A DNA stretch of 64,000 nucleotides, taken from contig CAWBAT010000009.1 in NCBI GenBank assembly GCA_963786955.1, positions 96,001 to 160,000 on the forward strand. Direction: 5' to 3'. The position numbers were made by a program, and so were the translations under genes. Below the pieces are notes generated by a model. It had not been told where the DNA came from, did no database searches, and was given only the letters and a program-made list of their open reading frames with translations. Shown piece by piece: positions 1 to 11,746 of the stretch; the stretch's first letter is position 1; each line of letters opens with the position of its first letter. Source of the DNA: an uncultured Acidimicrobiia bacterium (lineage in GTDB: Bacteria; Acidobacteriota; Terriglobia; Versatilivoradales; Versatilivoraceae).

Positions 1-692
1 TGTCTGAGATTCAGCAGGAAGCAAGTGAACGTTTGGTTGAAGCTCAATTCAATGAACTCAATACCCAATACCTGGAACTCAAACAGAAGATTGAAGCTAT
101 GGGCCCCGTCAATATGATGGCTTTAGAGGAGTATCAGGAGTGTGAACAGCGATTCCAGTTCCTCACGACTCAGCGGCAGGACTTGATCGATTCCATCGAG
201 GATACCACTGCGGCGATTCGCGAAATTGATCAGGTTTCTCGCGAGCAGTTTCGTGAGGCTTTCACTTCGATCAATGCCAACTTTCAAGAAACCTTCCGAA
301 CCCTGTTTGGAGGCGGGCATGGAGAAATGAAACTGCTGGACGAGTCCGATGAACTGGAGAGTGGCATTGAGATTATCGCCCAACCTCCCGGGAAACGTCT
401 GCAAAATGTCTTACTTCTCTCCGGAGGTGAAAAGGCACTCACCGCCATTGCGCTGCTGCTTGCCATTTTCAGATTCCAGCCGAGCCCATTCTGTGTCCTG
501 GATGAGGTGGATGCCCCGCTAGACGAGGTCAACACGGGACGTTATGCACAGATGATCAAATCGATGAGCTTCAATACCCAATTTCTTCTGATTACCCATA
601 GCAAGAAAACAATGGAAGTCTGTGACACCCTATATGGTGTAACGATGCAAGAGGCGGGTGTATCTAAGATTGTGTCCGTGCAGTTCCAGTAG
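1..692 (+). CDS. smc: Chromosome segregation protein SMC, C-terminal part (gene starts before the window)
   Basis: GPVN motif, LSGGEK signature, PFCVLDEVDAPLD Walker B/D-loop, QFLLITH and GVTMQEAGVS are typical of the SMC C-terminal head. Confidence 0.95.
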   Translation, partial: SEIQQEASERLVEAQFNELNTQYLELKQKIEAMGPVNMMALEEYQECEQRFQFLTTQRQDLIDSIEDTTAAIREIDQVSREQFREAFTSINANFQETFRTLFGGGHGEMKLLDESDELESGIEIIAQPPGKRLQNVLLLSGGEKALTAIALLLAIFRFQPSPFCVLDEVDAPLDEVNTGRYAQMIKSMSFNTQFLLITHSKKTMEVCDTLYGVTMQEAGVSKIVSVQFQ

Positions 693-1001
693 TCTCCTTC
701 CCTAGCCCAGTCTGGATTGAATCCCCCATCTCCGGGTGAAAGACCGCGCCAGCGATACGTCGACTGAGGCTGTTTAATAATTCAACATTTACTCCACTCT
801 CTCGCCTGTCTCTTCTCCTTTGCCATCGTCCAATCAACTCATTGAGATCGCCCACTAGGTTGCTGTAGAGCTCTTCCTCTCCTCCCTCGAGGGAGGCAGG
901 ATCGTTCTTTCCAGCGTAGAATGACCTCTATCCACCGTTTAATATTTGGCACCTAAAATGATGAGTAATTCTTGGAGAAAATCGCAAAAGGAGGGCTGGA
1001 C

Positions 1002-1937
1002 GTGAAAAAAAGTGAGCGTTTACGAATAGCCATCATGGAACGACGGGCTCTAGTCGTACCCGGATGCTACGATGCCTTGAGCGCGAAGGTCATTGAGCAT
1101 TGTGGGTTTGAAGCAATCCAGATTTCTGGATTTGGTGTGGCTGGGTCTCGCCTGGGAAAACCGGACGTGGGATTACTCCAGATTCAAGAACTCCTCGACC
1201 TCAGTTGGAACGTGGCTCAAACCGTCCAGATTCCTGTGATGGCTGATGTGGATACCGGGGGAGGAAATGCCATCAACGCCGCCTGGGTGACGGAACGCCT
1301 GATTGGCATGGGACTGGCCGGAATGAATATCGAAGATCAGGGATTCCCGAAACGCTGCGGGCATCTGGCGGGAAAGACCATTATCCCGGCGGAAGAAATG
1401 GCCGGTAAAGTCAGAGCATGTGCCAAGATTCGAAACAATCGCGACGCGGAATTCATCATCAATGCGCGTACCGACGCCTATGCTGTGGCGGGAATAGAGG
1501 AAGCGATTCGCCGCTGCAATCTCTACTTCGAAGCCGGTGCCGATTTGGTGTTTATCGATGGGATTGGGACTCTGGCCGAGATAGAGAAAGCAACCCAAAC
1601 CATCCATGGTCCGCTTTCCGTTAATCTAATGGATGCGGTGACTGGCGTAAAGACCCAGTTGATTCCCGTCCCTGAACTTGCCCGTCTCGGCGTTGCTCGA
1701 GTTTCTCTCCCGGTGGCTTCGATATTGGTTGCCCACCAAGCCTTGATGAATTTTTTCAAAGCCCTGAAAGCTTCTCCAGAGGGACTCCTGGCGGGCCAGA
1801 CCCACTGGCTATCCTCCTTTTACGATTACACAGATTTCGTAGGTCTGCCAGAATACCAAGCGCTAGAGAAAGAGTTTCTGCCCAAGGAACAATTGGATCC
1901 AAATCCCAGCCAGGGGAAGAAGAACCGAGCTGCCTGA
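1002..1937 (+). CDS. Isocitrate lyase/PEP mutase family enzyme (2-methylisocitrate lyase-like)
   Basis: PGCYDALSA, ADVDTGGG, IEDQ-x2-PKRCGH and INARTDA motifs. GTG start at 1002 follows AAGGAGGG. Confidence 0.88.
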   Translation: MKKSERLRIAIMERRALVVPGCYDALSAKVIEHCGFEAIQISGFGVAGSRLGKPDVGLLQIQELLDLSWNVAQTVQIPVMADVDTGGGNAINAAWVTERLIGMGLAGMNIEDQGFPKRCGHLAGKTIIPAEEMAGKVRACAKIRNNRDAEFIINARTDAYAVAGIEEAIRRCNLYFEAGADLVFIDGIGTLAEIEKATQTIHGPLSVNLMDAVTGVKTQLIPVPELARLGVARVSLPVASILVAHQALMNFFKALKASPEGLLAGQTHWLSSFYDYTDFVGLPEYQALEKEFLPKEQLDPNPSQGKKNRAA

Positions 1938-2349
1938 ACTAGGGCTCCGCCTGAGTACCCGCTAACCCGGCTCTAGAGGCACGCAGGGGAAGTCGAGGAA
2001 AAATCCCTTGAAAAAAATCCGAAGTCAGGGGATCTCCCTGACCGATTGCTCATGGCCCAATCATTTTCTTATCGTCATTTGACTTCCGTGAGCACTTAAG
2101 GAATGATCGGGCAATAGAATCAGATGCAATCGTTATCATGTTTTTGCCGCTCCCTTGTCAGGTGCAATCAACTTAGAGTTTTAAATGTGTGCTCCAGTCC
2201 GGAATCTTACTCTCAGTAGGCAAATCACATCAACGAGCGTAAAACCAAGACCCTCGCTAATCTCCGGGCAGGAGAACCTGCTCGCGAGGATTTTGATCCT
2301 TTCTTTCTAGCTACGGACGAATCGGGTTTACAGGGTGGCTTGTAGCCCC

Positions 2350-2377
2350 TTGACAAGCAACCTAAATGTACTAAAAT
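2350..2377 (+). promoter_or_regulatory. Putative sigma70 promoter upstream of purC
   Basis: TTGACA (2350-2355), 16-nt spacer, TAAAAT (2372-2377), about 125 bp before the purC ATG. Confidence 0.55.
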
Positions 2378-2502
2378 GTCGGCTCACTTTTGCGAAAGGA
2401 CCAATCCATACTCTGTTGACTACTTTTTAAAAAGATCCAGTAGCCCGCAAACGAATCTCCGCATCGGGCTGTTGGATCCAGATCCATTCGTCATGGAATG
2501 AT

Positions 2503-3402
2503 ATGAATACACCGTCTGCTCAATTACAAATCGAGCTTCCAAATTACAAACTTCTCGGCCGAGGCAAAGTCCGCGACATCTATGAAGTCCATGAGTATCT
2601 TCTCATCATTGCCACTGACCGAATCTCGGCTTTTGACTTCATCCTGGGAACAGCCATCCCTCAAAAAGGAATCATTCTGACCCAGATGTCTCTCTTCTGG
2701 TTTCAAATGATGCAGGAAATAGTCCCCAACCATCTCGTCACGGCCGATATCCGCCAGTTTCCGGCGCCTCTGCCTGAATTCAAAGGGCTCTTAGAAAACC
2801 GATCGATGCTCGTCAGGCGGGCTCAACCTTTTCCCGTCGAATGTGTCGCTCGAGGCTATCTGGCTGGCTCGGGATGGAAAGAGTATCAAAGCCAGCAATC
2901 GATTTGCGGGATCCCGCTGCCACCCGGGTTGAAAGAATCTTCTGAGTTGCCAGAGCCCATCTTTACTCCGGCAACCAAGGCTGTCACCGGGCATGATGAG
3001 AATATCTCTTTTGAAACCATGTCGGAACTGATTGGGAGGGATACAGCAACTCGCCTCCGTGAGTATACTTTGAAGATTTATGCCCAAGCCCGCGATTACG
3101 CGCGAACCCGAGGGATTATCATCGCGGATACCAAATTTGAATTCGGACTTTACGACGGAAACATCATATTGATTGATGAAGTGATGACCCCCGATTCATC
3201 TCGTTTCTGGCCGGCCAAGGATTATGAACCGGGAAGACCGCAGAAATCTTTCGACAAGCAGTTCGTCCGGGATTATCTCGAGGAAATTCGCTGGAATAAG
3301 CAGGCCCCAGCCCCATCGCTGCCAGACTGGGTCGCGGAAGCCACGAAGAATAAGTATCTTGAAGCATACGAATTGCTGACAGGCAGTAAGCTTCCGGAGT
3401 AA
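2503..3402 (+). CDS. purC: Phosphoribosylaminoimidazole-succinocarboxamide (SAICAR) synthase
   Basis: RGKVRDIY, TDRISAFD, ADTKFEFG, DEVMTPDSSRFW and SFDKQFVRD motifs. Confidence 0.96.
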   Translation: MNTPSAQLQIELPNYKLLGRGKVRDIYEVHEYLLIIATDRISAFDFILGTAIPQKGIILTQMSLFWFQMMQEIVPNHLVTADIRQFPAPLPEFKGLLENRSMLVRRAQPFPVECVARGYLAGSGWKEYQSQQSICGIPLPPGLKESSELPEPIFTPATKAVTGHDENISFETMSELIGRDTATRLREYTLKIYAQARDYARTRGIIIADTKFEFGLYDGNIILIDEVMTPDSSRFWPAKDYEPGRPQKSFDKQFVRDYLEEIRWNKQAPAPSLPDWVAEATKNKYLEAYELLTGSKLPE

Positions 3403-3405
3403 GCG

Positions 3406-4077
3406 ATGGCCGCGCTCGAGGACTTGACTAATCTGGACTGGCTCGTCCTCGCAATTCTTCTGATATCCATGGTCGGTAGTTATATCCGGGGATTCGCTCG
3501 CGAGCTCATCTCCTTGACCGCTGTCATCGTCGGGCTTGTGCTGGCATGTTGGCTCTATCATGACGTGGGGTCGTTTCTGATTCCCTATGTCAAAACTGAA
3601 GACATTGCTTCCTTTTGCGGCTTCGTCTTTGTTTTCGTGGTCACCGTTCTAGTAGGCGGCATCCTCTCTTTCTGGGTTCGTAATTTTTTGCGTTTTGTAG
3701 ACTTGCAATGGATTGACCGGCTTCTGGGATTGGCGTTTGGGCTCCTGCGGGGATGTTTGATTAGTTCTGTCTTGTTTCTGGGTTTGACGACATTTCCATT
3801 TCACATCCAAACCGTCCAAAAAGCCAAGTTTGCACCGTACCTTCTGCTGGGTGCCAGAGTCCTTTCTGTTGTGACTCCGCCGTCCATCAAAACGAAATTC
3901 ATGGACGAATATCAGAAAGTCAAGCAGCTTTGGCTAGACGAGATCAAGAGCAAGGCCGTAGCCAACAGACTTAACGGCAGCCCTCCGGAAAAGAGCCGTG
4001 AGACCGGTCAAGCGAGTTCACTTTTTTTCAGCAGATTTCTTTGCCATTATATATTTCAATTAGAGCTAATTTCTTAG
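3406..4077 (+). CDS. cvpA: CvpA (colicin V production) family membrane protein
   Basis: RGFARELISL and IDRLLGLAFGLLRG motifs, several hydrophobic segments, adjacent to a purine gene. Confidence 0.85.
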   Translation: MAALEDLTNLDWLVLAILLISMVGSYIRGFARELISLTAVIVGLVLACWLYHDVGSFLIPYVKTEDIASFCGFVFVFVVTVLVGGILSFWVRNFLRFVDLQWIDRLLGLAFGLLRGCLISSVLFLGLTTFPFHIQTVQKAKFAPYLLLGARVLSVVTPPSIKTKFMDEYQKVKQLWLDEIKSKAVANRLNGSPPEKSRETGQASSLFFSRFLCHYIFQLELIS

Positions 4078-4092
4078 AGCTGGGAGCGGGTT

Positions 4093-4299
4093 GTGAAAGA
4101 TCAATTGGAATCCTTAGTCACACAGATGATCGAGAAAGGTCTCTATCTTGAAGAAGCCATGGGCGAGATGGAGCGGCGCTTTATTCTTACCGTCCTTGAA
4201 AAGCATAAGGGGAATCAAACGAAAGCCGCCAAGGCCATGGGTATTCATCGAAATACCTTGAATAAGAAGCTGGCATCTTATAACCACCGTAAGAGATAG
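4093..4299 (+). CDS. Small Fis-type helix-turn-helix protein
   Basis: GNQTKAAKAMGIHRNTLNKKL is a Fis-family HTH signature. Confidence 0.85.
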   Translation: MKDQLESLVTQMIEKGLYLEEAMGEMERRFILTVLEKHKGNQTKAAKAMGIHRNTLNKKLASYNHRKR

Positions 4300-4342
4300 C
4301 GATTCCTCCCTTCTCTAGGCACGATTCTCTCCTAAAAATCGC

Positions 4343-4397
4343 TTGACACGACAGTGCTCGTTTAATAGTATTAGCACTCGTATGTAGAGAGTGCTAA
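4343..4397 (+). promoter_or_regulatory. groESL promoter with CIRCE operator (HrcA site)
   Basis: Perfect TTAGCACTC-N9-GAGTGCTAA at 4371-4397. TTGACA at 4343-4348 and TAGTAT 17 nt later. Confidence 0.95.
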
Positions 4398-4453
4398 CAA
4401 GCCTAGAACATAATCGAAAAAAATCGCAAGCTTATGAAAGGAGAAGAGCTAAG

Positions 4454-4768
4454 ATGAAAGTCAGACCTCTGCATGATCGCATTCTGGTCAAGCGTATCGA
4501 GGAAAAAGAGACCCTGAAGGGTGGAATCATTATCCCAGACACCGCCAAAGAAAAGCCCCAGGAGGGACTGGTGGTAGCCGTTGGTAATGGAAAGATTCTC
4601 GATAATGGGACCAAAGTCAACCTTGACGTGAAAGAAGGAGACCACATTTTGTTCGGAAAGTATTCCGGGTCGGACATCAAGATTGAGGGTGAAGAATATT
4701 TGATTCTTCGCGAGGATGAAGTGTTAGGTATCCTGGCGGAATCCGCAAAATCGAAAGCATCGAAGTAA
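4454..4768 (+). CDS. groES: Co-chaperonin GroES
   Basis: [12 protein letters not shown]...[16 protein letters not shown]. Start moved to ATG 4454 after AAGGAG, because the ORF-track start lies inside CIRCE. Confidence 0.97.
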   Translation: MKVRPLHDRILVKRIEEKETLKGGIIIPDTAKEKPQEGLVVAVGNGKILDNGTKVNLDVKEGDHILFGKYSGSDIKIEGEEYLILREDEVLGILAESAKSKASK

Positions 4769-4799
4769 TACCGGAATCTAACACGCAAATATTGAATGA

Positions 4800-6446
<1,647 letters not shown>

Positions 6447-6471
6447 TCCCCTGCCTTATCCTGCTCTTCCC

Positions 6472-6503
6472 AAAAGCCGCCTGCGCTGCAGGCGGCTTTT
6501 TTT
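6472..6503 (+). terminator. Rho-independent terminator of groESL
   Basis: AAAAGCCGCCTGC-GCT-GCAGGCGGCTTTTTTT hairpin with U tract. Confidence 0.9.
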
Positions 6504-6776
6504 GTTTTCAAAAGATGTTACGGAAGAGCGCAGGGGGTTAAAACTGGATTTTACGCTCGTCAGCCAGGATAATGCACTGATGCAAGAGACTCTCTTGAAT
6601 GACTTGGAGTCATACACATCATGGGCGCGAACAGAAAACTGGCTGGGTAATCCACCGGATCTAATTCTTGGCGAAAGGACACCCCTTGACTCATCGAGGT
6701 GCCGGACGGAAGACAATTGAGATAGTAGGTAAACCTGCCCAGTGACTTTTAGATTGTTCAATGAGGAGATACGAAA

Positions 6777-7382
6777 ATGAGGGTTCTAGTTGTCGGGGCA
6801 ACGGGCACTATCGGCCGCGCAGTTGTGGCGGCTCTTTCCCCACGGCACGAAGTGGTGCCAGTGAGCGGCCATCACAGCGCAATCACGGTCGACCTTGCAG
6901 ATTCGGGGTCGATTCGGGCCATGTATGACGCAGTCGGGATGGTGGATGCGGTGGTGAGCGCCGCAGGTCTCGCGAAGTTTGGACCACTGGATCAACTTAG
7001 CGACGACGATTTCGAATTTTCCCTCAGCAACAAACTGATGGGGCAGGTCAATCTCGTCCGCTGTGGTTTCGAGCATGTTCGAGATCGTGGCTCCTTCACT
7101 TTGACCAGCGGCGTGTTGGCGCGATTGCCTATGCCGGGCAGTGCCGCTATTAGCCTAGTCAATAGCGGAGTGGAGGGTTTTGCGAGAGCGGCGGCCCTAG
7201 AGGCGCCTCGGGGGATTCGGGTAAACGTCGTCAGCCCCCCTTGGGTGACCGAGACCCTTCAAAGCTTGGGAATGGATCCTTCGCAGGGTTTGCCAGCGGC
7301 ATCCGTCGCACGATATTATGTCGAGAGCATCGAAGGCACTCAAACAGGCGTGATCCTGGAAGCCAGCGAAATGTCACGCTGA
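6777..7382 (+). CDS. Short-chain dehydrogenase/reductase
   Basis: N-terminal GATGTIG Rossmann motif, VSAAG, IRVNVVSP; GAGGAG RBS. Confidence 0.9.
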   Translation: MRVLVVGATGTIGRAVVAALSPRHEVVPVSGHHSAITVDLADSGSIRAMYDAVGMVDAVVSAAGLAKFGPLDQLSDDDFEFSLSNKLMGQVNLVRCGFEHVRDRGSFTLTSGVLARLPMPGSAAISLVNSGVEGFARAAALEAPRGIRVNVVSPPWVTETLQSLGMDPSQGLPAASVARYYVESIEGTQTGVILEASEMSR

Positions 7383-7410
7383 CTGAAAGACTATCCGCAG
7401 GAGTTCCAGA

Positions 7411-7614
7411 ATGAAGCTCGACTTCACTGTCCTTTGGCTCCGCTTTCTGGTGGGTTTTCTACTTGGGAATATCCTCTTCCTTTTGCTACTCTTCTTGTTG
7501 CCTCTCAAGATCTCTGGTTTCATTCCACTTATTGTCGGACTACTCGCTATGATCTGGGGTGATCGATTCATCGCGGCCTTTCTGAAGCTTATTGGAAACT
7601 GGCCGGCTCACTGA
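7411..7614 (+). CDS. Small hydrophobic membrane protein
   Basis: 67 aa, two hydrophobic segments, AGGAG RBS, co-oriented with neighbours. Confidence 0.55.
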   Translation: MKLDFTVLWLRFLVGFLLGNILFLLLLFLLPLKISGFIPLIVGLLAMIWGDRFIAAFLKLIGNWPAH

Positions 7615-7626
7615 TGGGAGGGATAG

Positions 7627-8031
7627 ATGCTGATTTCTGTGACTCGATTGCGTATCCGCTCACCGCGCTACCTGCCGATGTTCATCATCTATTCGATTCT
7701 TTCATCCCGCCAGGCCAGGCGTGCGCCCGGCAACTGCGGCATCGATTTGTTGCGCGATGCCAATAACACCTATTGGACCAAGACCGCATGGAGCGATGAG
7801 AAGACGATGCACTCTTTCATGTTGGGAGGGATGCACCGTCGGGCGATGCCGAAATTATTGGACTGGTGCGATGAAGCAGCCACTGTGCACTGGACTCAAG
7901 AAAGCCCGCAACTGCCCGCTTGGCAGGAAGCCCATCAAAAACTTGTCAGCGAGGGACACCGCTCCAAGGTGAGGCATCCTTCCCCCGCCCACCTCGCATT
8001 TGAAATTGCGGAGCCGAAAATCCCCTATTAA
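7627..8031 (+). CDS. DUF3291-like (dimeric alpha/beta barrel) protein
   Basis: GGAGG RBS; YWTKTAW...HRRAMPKLLDWCDEA pattern recalled from this family. Confidence 0.6.
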   Translation: MLISVTRLRIRSPRYLPMFIIYSILSSRQARRAPGNCGIDLLRDANNTYWTKTAWSDEKTMHSFMLGGMHRRAMPKLLDWCDEAATVHWTQESPQLPAWQEAHQKLVSEGHRSKVRHPSPAHLAFEIAEPKIPY

Positions 8032-8160
8032 CATTTAAGACGCCCACCCCATTTTTCTTTACGTTTCTTTTGACTGGGTGGGAGGAAAAAGAATGGCCCA
8101 AACTACCCGTACCGCCATTAGCGGTGTGCCAATGCTCATAGTCGTGTATTCTCTACACTT

Positions 8161-8700
8161 ATGGTTCTGACGGCAACCATCTACAACCTTGCGATTCAAT
8201 TGGCAGATATTGACCGGGGGGTTTACGAAAAGCTCGATTTGCGTATGGCTCGCCAACCGTCTGAAACCGTTGAGTACATGCTCACCCGGGCGCTGGCTTA
8301 CTGTTTAGAATACCAGGATGGTATTGCCCTGACTGAAGGAGTTGCATCAGGAGATGAACCTGCCATTCTGGTGCGTGATTTGACCGGTCGCATCATTGCA
8401 TGGATCGAAGTGGGTGCTCCGCCCGCAGACCGGTTGCACAAAGGCAGCAAACTCGCAGGCCGCGCCGCCGTCTATACGAATCGTAACCTGGGTCAAATGA
8501 TGAATCAGCTAAGTGCAAAAAAAATCCACCGGGCGGCCGAGATACCGATCTACTCATTTGGCCCGGGATTCATCGAAGAAATCGCAGGGGCGCTCCAGCG
8601 GCGCGCCGAAATGTCGATCTCAATTACTGAGCGCCAGGTGTACCTCGATGTGAACGGGCAGGCATTCTCTACGACCATCGAAGAGCGTCGGATTGGGTAG
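8161..8700 (+). CDS. yaeQ: YaeQ family protein
   Basis: ATIY...LADIDRGVYE, RQPSET, DEPA and WIEVG motifs. Confidence 0.9.
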   Translation: MVLTATIYNLAIQLADIDRGVYEKLDLRMARQPSETVEYMLTRALAYCLEYQDGIALTEGVASGDEPAILVRDLTGRIIAWIEVGAPPADRLHKGSKLAGRAAVYTNRNLGQMMNQLSAKKIHRAAEIPIYSFGPGFIEEIAGALQRRAEMSISITERQVYLDVNGQAFSTTIEERRIG

Positions 8701-8811
8701 TCACTAACCAGGGAAATTCTCCACTGAGAGTAAAACCTGGGACCGTGGCAGGGGAGAACGAATACAGACGCAGTAAGTTTTGTGACAATTTCCTCCTCAC
8801 CCCCAGCCACT

Positions 8812-8920
8812 GGAGGTGTGAAGAAATTGTAGCGGCGCTCTATGAGCGCCGACCAAGTCGTTGAAATGCAAAGAAGACGGCGGTCACAGACCGCCGCTAC
8901 AGCCAATTCTTGCACATTCC
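8812..8920. repeat. REP doublet (TGTAG...CTACA) inside imperfect terminal inverted repeats, copy 1
   Basis: TGTAGCGGCGCTCTATGAGCGCCG...CGGCGGTCACAGACCGCCGCTACA; near-identical copy at 41452-41560. Confidence 0.85.
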
Positions 8921-9067
8921 CTGCTCTGGAATGAATATACAAGGGGGAAGGATTTGAGGATGACCCAAAGTGTAACTTTACTTCGTGCGTTTGTATTATT
9001 TCGCTTGATTCATCTGGAGCGGACAGGCTCGACTTATTGTCGATAAAAAGCGAGTGGTGCAAAACCG

Positions 9068-10468
9068 TTACGTATTTAGCCAGATCGTAAACTCTGTCCC
9101 CCCTTCGGCCAAATTCTTCCACTCGATCCGTCCCCCGTGGCTTTCGACGATGCGCTGAGCGATTGGAAGTCCTAACCCTGTGCCTCCCCTCTTCGTTGAA
9201 TAAAAGAGCTGGAACAGGTTTTTGGCTTCTTCGGGTCCAATTCCCTTTCCGTTGTCTGCAATCTTGAGAAATGCCTCACGGCTCTCGACTCCGCTGCTCA
9301 TGGTGATCACGCGCTCGCCTCTCTTCTTGAATCGGAGCACGTCCTGGGCGTTGACGATCAGGTTTAGGATCGCCTGCTTCAATAGATCGTGATCTCCTTT
9401 GAGCGGAATTGACGACGGAGCAAGGCGGGATTCAAGAAGGATCTGACTGGCTTCACACTCTCTCGCAACGAGCTCCGCAACTTCTCTCAGTAACTGGTTC
9501 AGTTCCAATGGTTTCTTTTCCATCTCGAACGGCCTGGCAAAGAACAAAAAGTTTGTTGCTAAACGGTCCAAACGCCTGATTTCCTGCTTCGTCCCTTCGA
9601 GAAGAAGTCCGGTTTCGGCCGAGTTGGGTTCTTCCGAACTAATTTCCTCCTCAATCATCTGAAGATTCAAGTTGATCGAGTTGAGTGGATTCCGGATTTC
9701 ATGGGCCAATCCGCTGGCCAGAGTCCCCAGATAGGCCAGTTGATCCGCCATATGTGCTTCGGCTTCCACCATCTGAGCGCGTTTGAGCAGCCAGAGGACA
9801 TAGAACAGAGCTAGAGTCAGAATCAAGACGACAAAAGAAGAGCCTAGCCAGATGCGTTTTCGCACCGAGTTTCGGAATCCGGCAAAGCGGATTTCCATCA
9901 AGTGCGGATCGATTCCGACATGAACGATTAACTGAGGTTGATCGTTCAAGACAATCGGCTCGATGATATCCAGATAGGACTGTTTGATATTGGTCAACGA
10001 ATTGACAACGATTTTCGGAGGGCGTGAATTCCGTGAGGTAAACAAGATCCGTGAAAATTGATTTTGTTCCAGCGCCATGCCTTGGCGGACGGCAGTCCAT
10101 AAGATGTCGCCCTGTAAATCCTGAACAAAGATGTAAATCAGCTCTTCTTGCTGCGCGACGAGGCCTTCAATGAACACACGAATTTCGTTTCCCTTCTGAT
10201 CTTGATTCTGAGGGGACGTCTCTTTGGCGCTTATCCGCATATTCACGCTTTGAATCTGATCACGAATCTGCTGCGACAAGGATTCACAAGTCAAAATGAT
10301 CTCCCCGTCGATGCGTTCATGGAAGACATCGTCAGTCAAGCGAATGAGCAATAATGTGACGAGGACGATGACTAGAACAAAAAGAATCGTGCTGACATAG
10401 AGATGCCTCTTGAATACCGGGCGCCCCTTGATGATATGACGAGTTCCAGCTTCTCTTCGGCTAACCAA
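9068..10468 (-). CDS. Membrane sensor histidine kinase (HisKA + HATPase)
   Basis: Two hydrophobic segments, LAHEIRNPL H-box, NLIVNA, DNGKG and GTGLGL boxes. Start codon uncertain. Confidence 0.93.
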   Translation of the reverse strand: MVSRREAGTRHIIKGRPVFKRHLYVSTILFVLVIVLVTLLLIRLTDDVFHERIDGEIILTCESLSQQIRDQIQSVNMRISAKETSPQNQDQKGNEIRVFIEGLVAQQEELIYIFVQDLQGDILWTAVRQGMALEQNQFSRILFTSRNSRPPKIVVNSLTNIKQSYLDIIEPIVLNDQPQLIVHVGIDPHLMEIRFAGFRNSVRKRIWLGSSFVVLILTLALFYVLWLLKRAQMVEAEAHMADQLAYLGTLASGLAHEIRNPLNSINLNLQMIEEEISSEEPNSAETGLLLEGTKQEIRRLDRLATNFLFFARPFEMEKKPLELNQLLREVAELVARECEASQILLESRLAPSSIPLKGDHDLLKQAILNLIVNAQDVLRFKKRGERVITMSSGVESREAFLKIADNGKGIGPEEAKNLFQLFYSTKRGGTGLGLPIAQRIVESHGGRIEWKNLAEGGTEFTIWLNT

Positions 10469-10560
10469 ATACCCCTCCTCACCCGCTCAAAACAACGCAG
10501 CAGATCTTATCCCATCTGTGGACAGATGAGAATCCGATCCTCTCACCTGCGGGTTGACAA

Positions 10561-11721
10561 ATGGAGGGGCCAACGCTAATCTCACAGCCATCGATTCTTA
10601 TGCGAACTGAAGTTTTAGATTTTCTCATTTTGTCCCTGGCAGACGGCTTGGGTTGCCGCAGTGCCAATCGATTGTTAGAAGCGTATGCTTCTCCTGCGTC
10701 GATACTTGCAGCCCCTCAGGCAGAACTCATGGGACAGGGGATCTCCGAGTCCATTGTCCATTCTCTGCAATCCCAGGAAACGCGACGGAAGGCCGAGTTG
10801 GAACTCGGAAAGTGCCTGCAGAACGGAATCCACCTCCTTGCTCAAGATGACCCGGAATATCCAAAACTTCTGAAAGAAATTTATGATCCGCCGATAATCT
10901 TATTTGTCAAAGGGGATGTAAAGTGCTTAAATACGCCGGCTGTTGCGATTGTTGGCTCGCGACGCGCCACGCCGTACGGTGTGAATACCGCTGAAAGAAT
11001 CTCCCGGGATCTCGCCTCCCGTGGCGTGCTGATCTGCAGCGGGCTGGCAAGAGGGATTGATACAGCGGCACACCGGGGCGCCCTAGAGGCTCGCGGCCTG
11101 ACGATTGCTGTTTTGGGGAGCGGGTTAAACGTTATTTATCCCAAGGAGAACAAGCGCCTGGTGCAACAAATTGAGCAGCAGGGCTGCGTGATCTCTGAAT
11201 TCCCTTTGAACGCAGGTCCGGTGCCGCAGAATTTTCCGATTCGCAACCGAATCATCAGCGGTCTTAGCTTGGGGGTTTGTCTGGTGGAGGCCGCGGAATA
11301 TAGTGGTTCTTTGATTACGGCGCGGATGGCACTTGAACAGGGCCGTGAGGTCTTTGCGGTACCGGGAAACATTACCTCGCGGAATAGTTTTGGGCCTAAC
11401 CTCTGGATCAAGCAAGGGGCCAAGCTGGTGCAGGATTGGCAGGATATCGTGGAAGAATTTCCTCGATCCTTGAAAGAGTTCTTCCTCTTCAATCCGCAGG
11501 AACACCAGCCCGCTGGGCAGGAGGGGTCAACATTCGGACTTCTGACCGAGGCTGAAAAGGCTGTGTTGAAATGGGTGCCCGATGACGAAGCAATTCATAT
11601 TGACCGTTTGCTGGATCTCACTCACCTAAGTTCAGCAGAACTGTTGTCTGCGCTGTTGGAGCTCGAGATGAAAGATAAAATCAAACAACTCCCGGGTAAA
11701 AGTTTCTTGAAAAAGTACTAA
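10561..11721 (+). CDS. dprA: DNA-processing protein DprA
   Basis: YPKLLKEIYDPP, AIVGSR, SGLARGIDTAAH, FPIRNRIISGLS, C-terminal winged helix. Start may be at a later Met. Confidence 0.95.
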   Translation: MEGPTLISQPSILMRTEVLDFLILSLADGLGCRSANRLLEAYASPASILAAPQAELMGQGISESIVHSLQSQETRRKAELELGKCLQNGIHLLAQDDPEYPKLLKEIYDPPIILFVKGDVKCLNTPAVAIVGSRRATPYGVNTAERISRDLASRGVLICSGLARGIDTAAHRGALEARGLTIAVLGSGLNVIYPKENKRLVQQIEQQGCVISEFPLNAGPVPQNFPIRNRIISGLSLGVCLVEAAEYSGSLITARMALEQGREVFAVPGNITSRNSFGPNLWIKQGAKLVQDWQDIVEEFPRSLKEFFLFNPQEHQPAGQEGSTFGLLTEAEKAVLKWVPDDEAIHIDRLLDLTHLSSAELLSALLELEMKDKIKQLPGKSFLKKY

Positions 11722-11746
11722 GTTAAAGGTTGGCTGTCCAGGAATC

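Noticed and set aside
4391-4453. N-terminal extension of GroES
   Set aside because: The upstream GTG lies within CIRCE; the canonical start with an RBS is at 4454.
8550-9122. 190-aa minus-strand ORF and similar ORFs at 28283-28642 and 49298-49825
   Set aside because: They overlap real genes or repeat elements and have no recognisable motifs.
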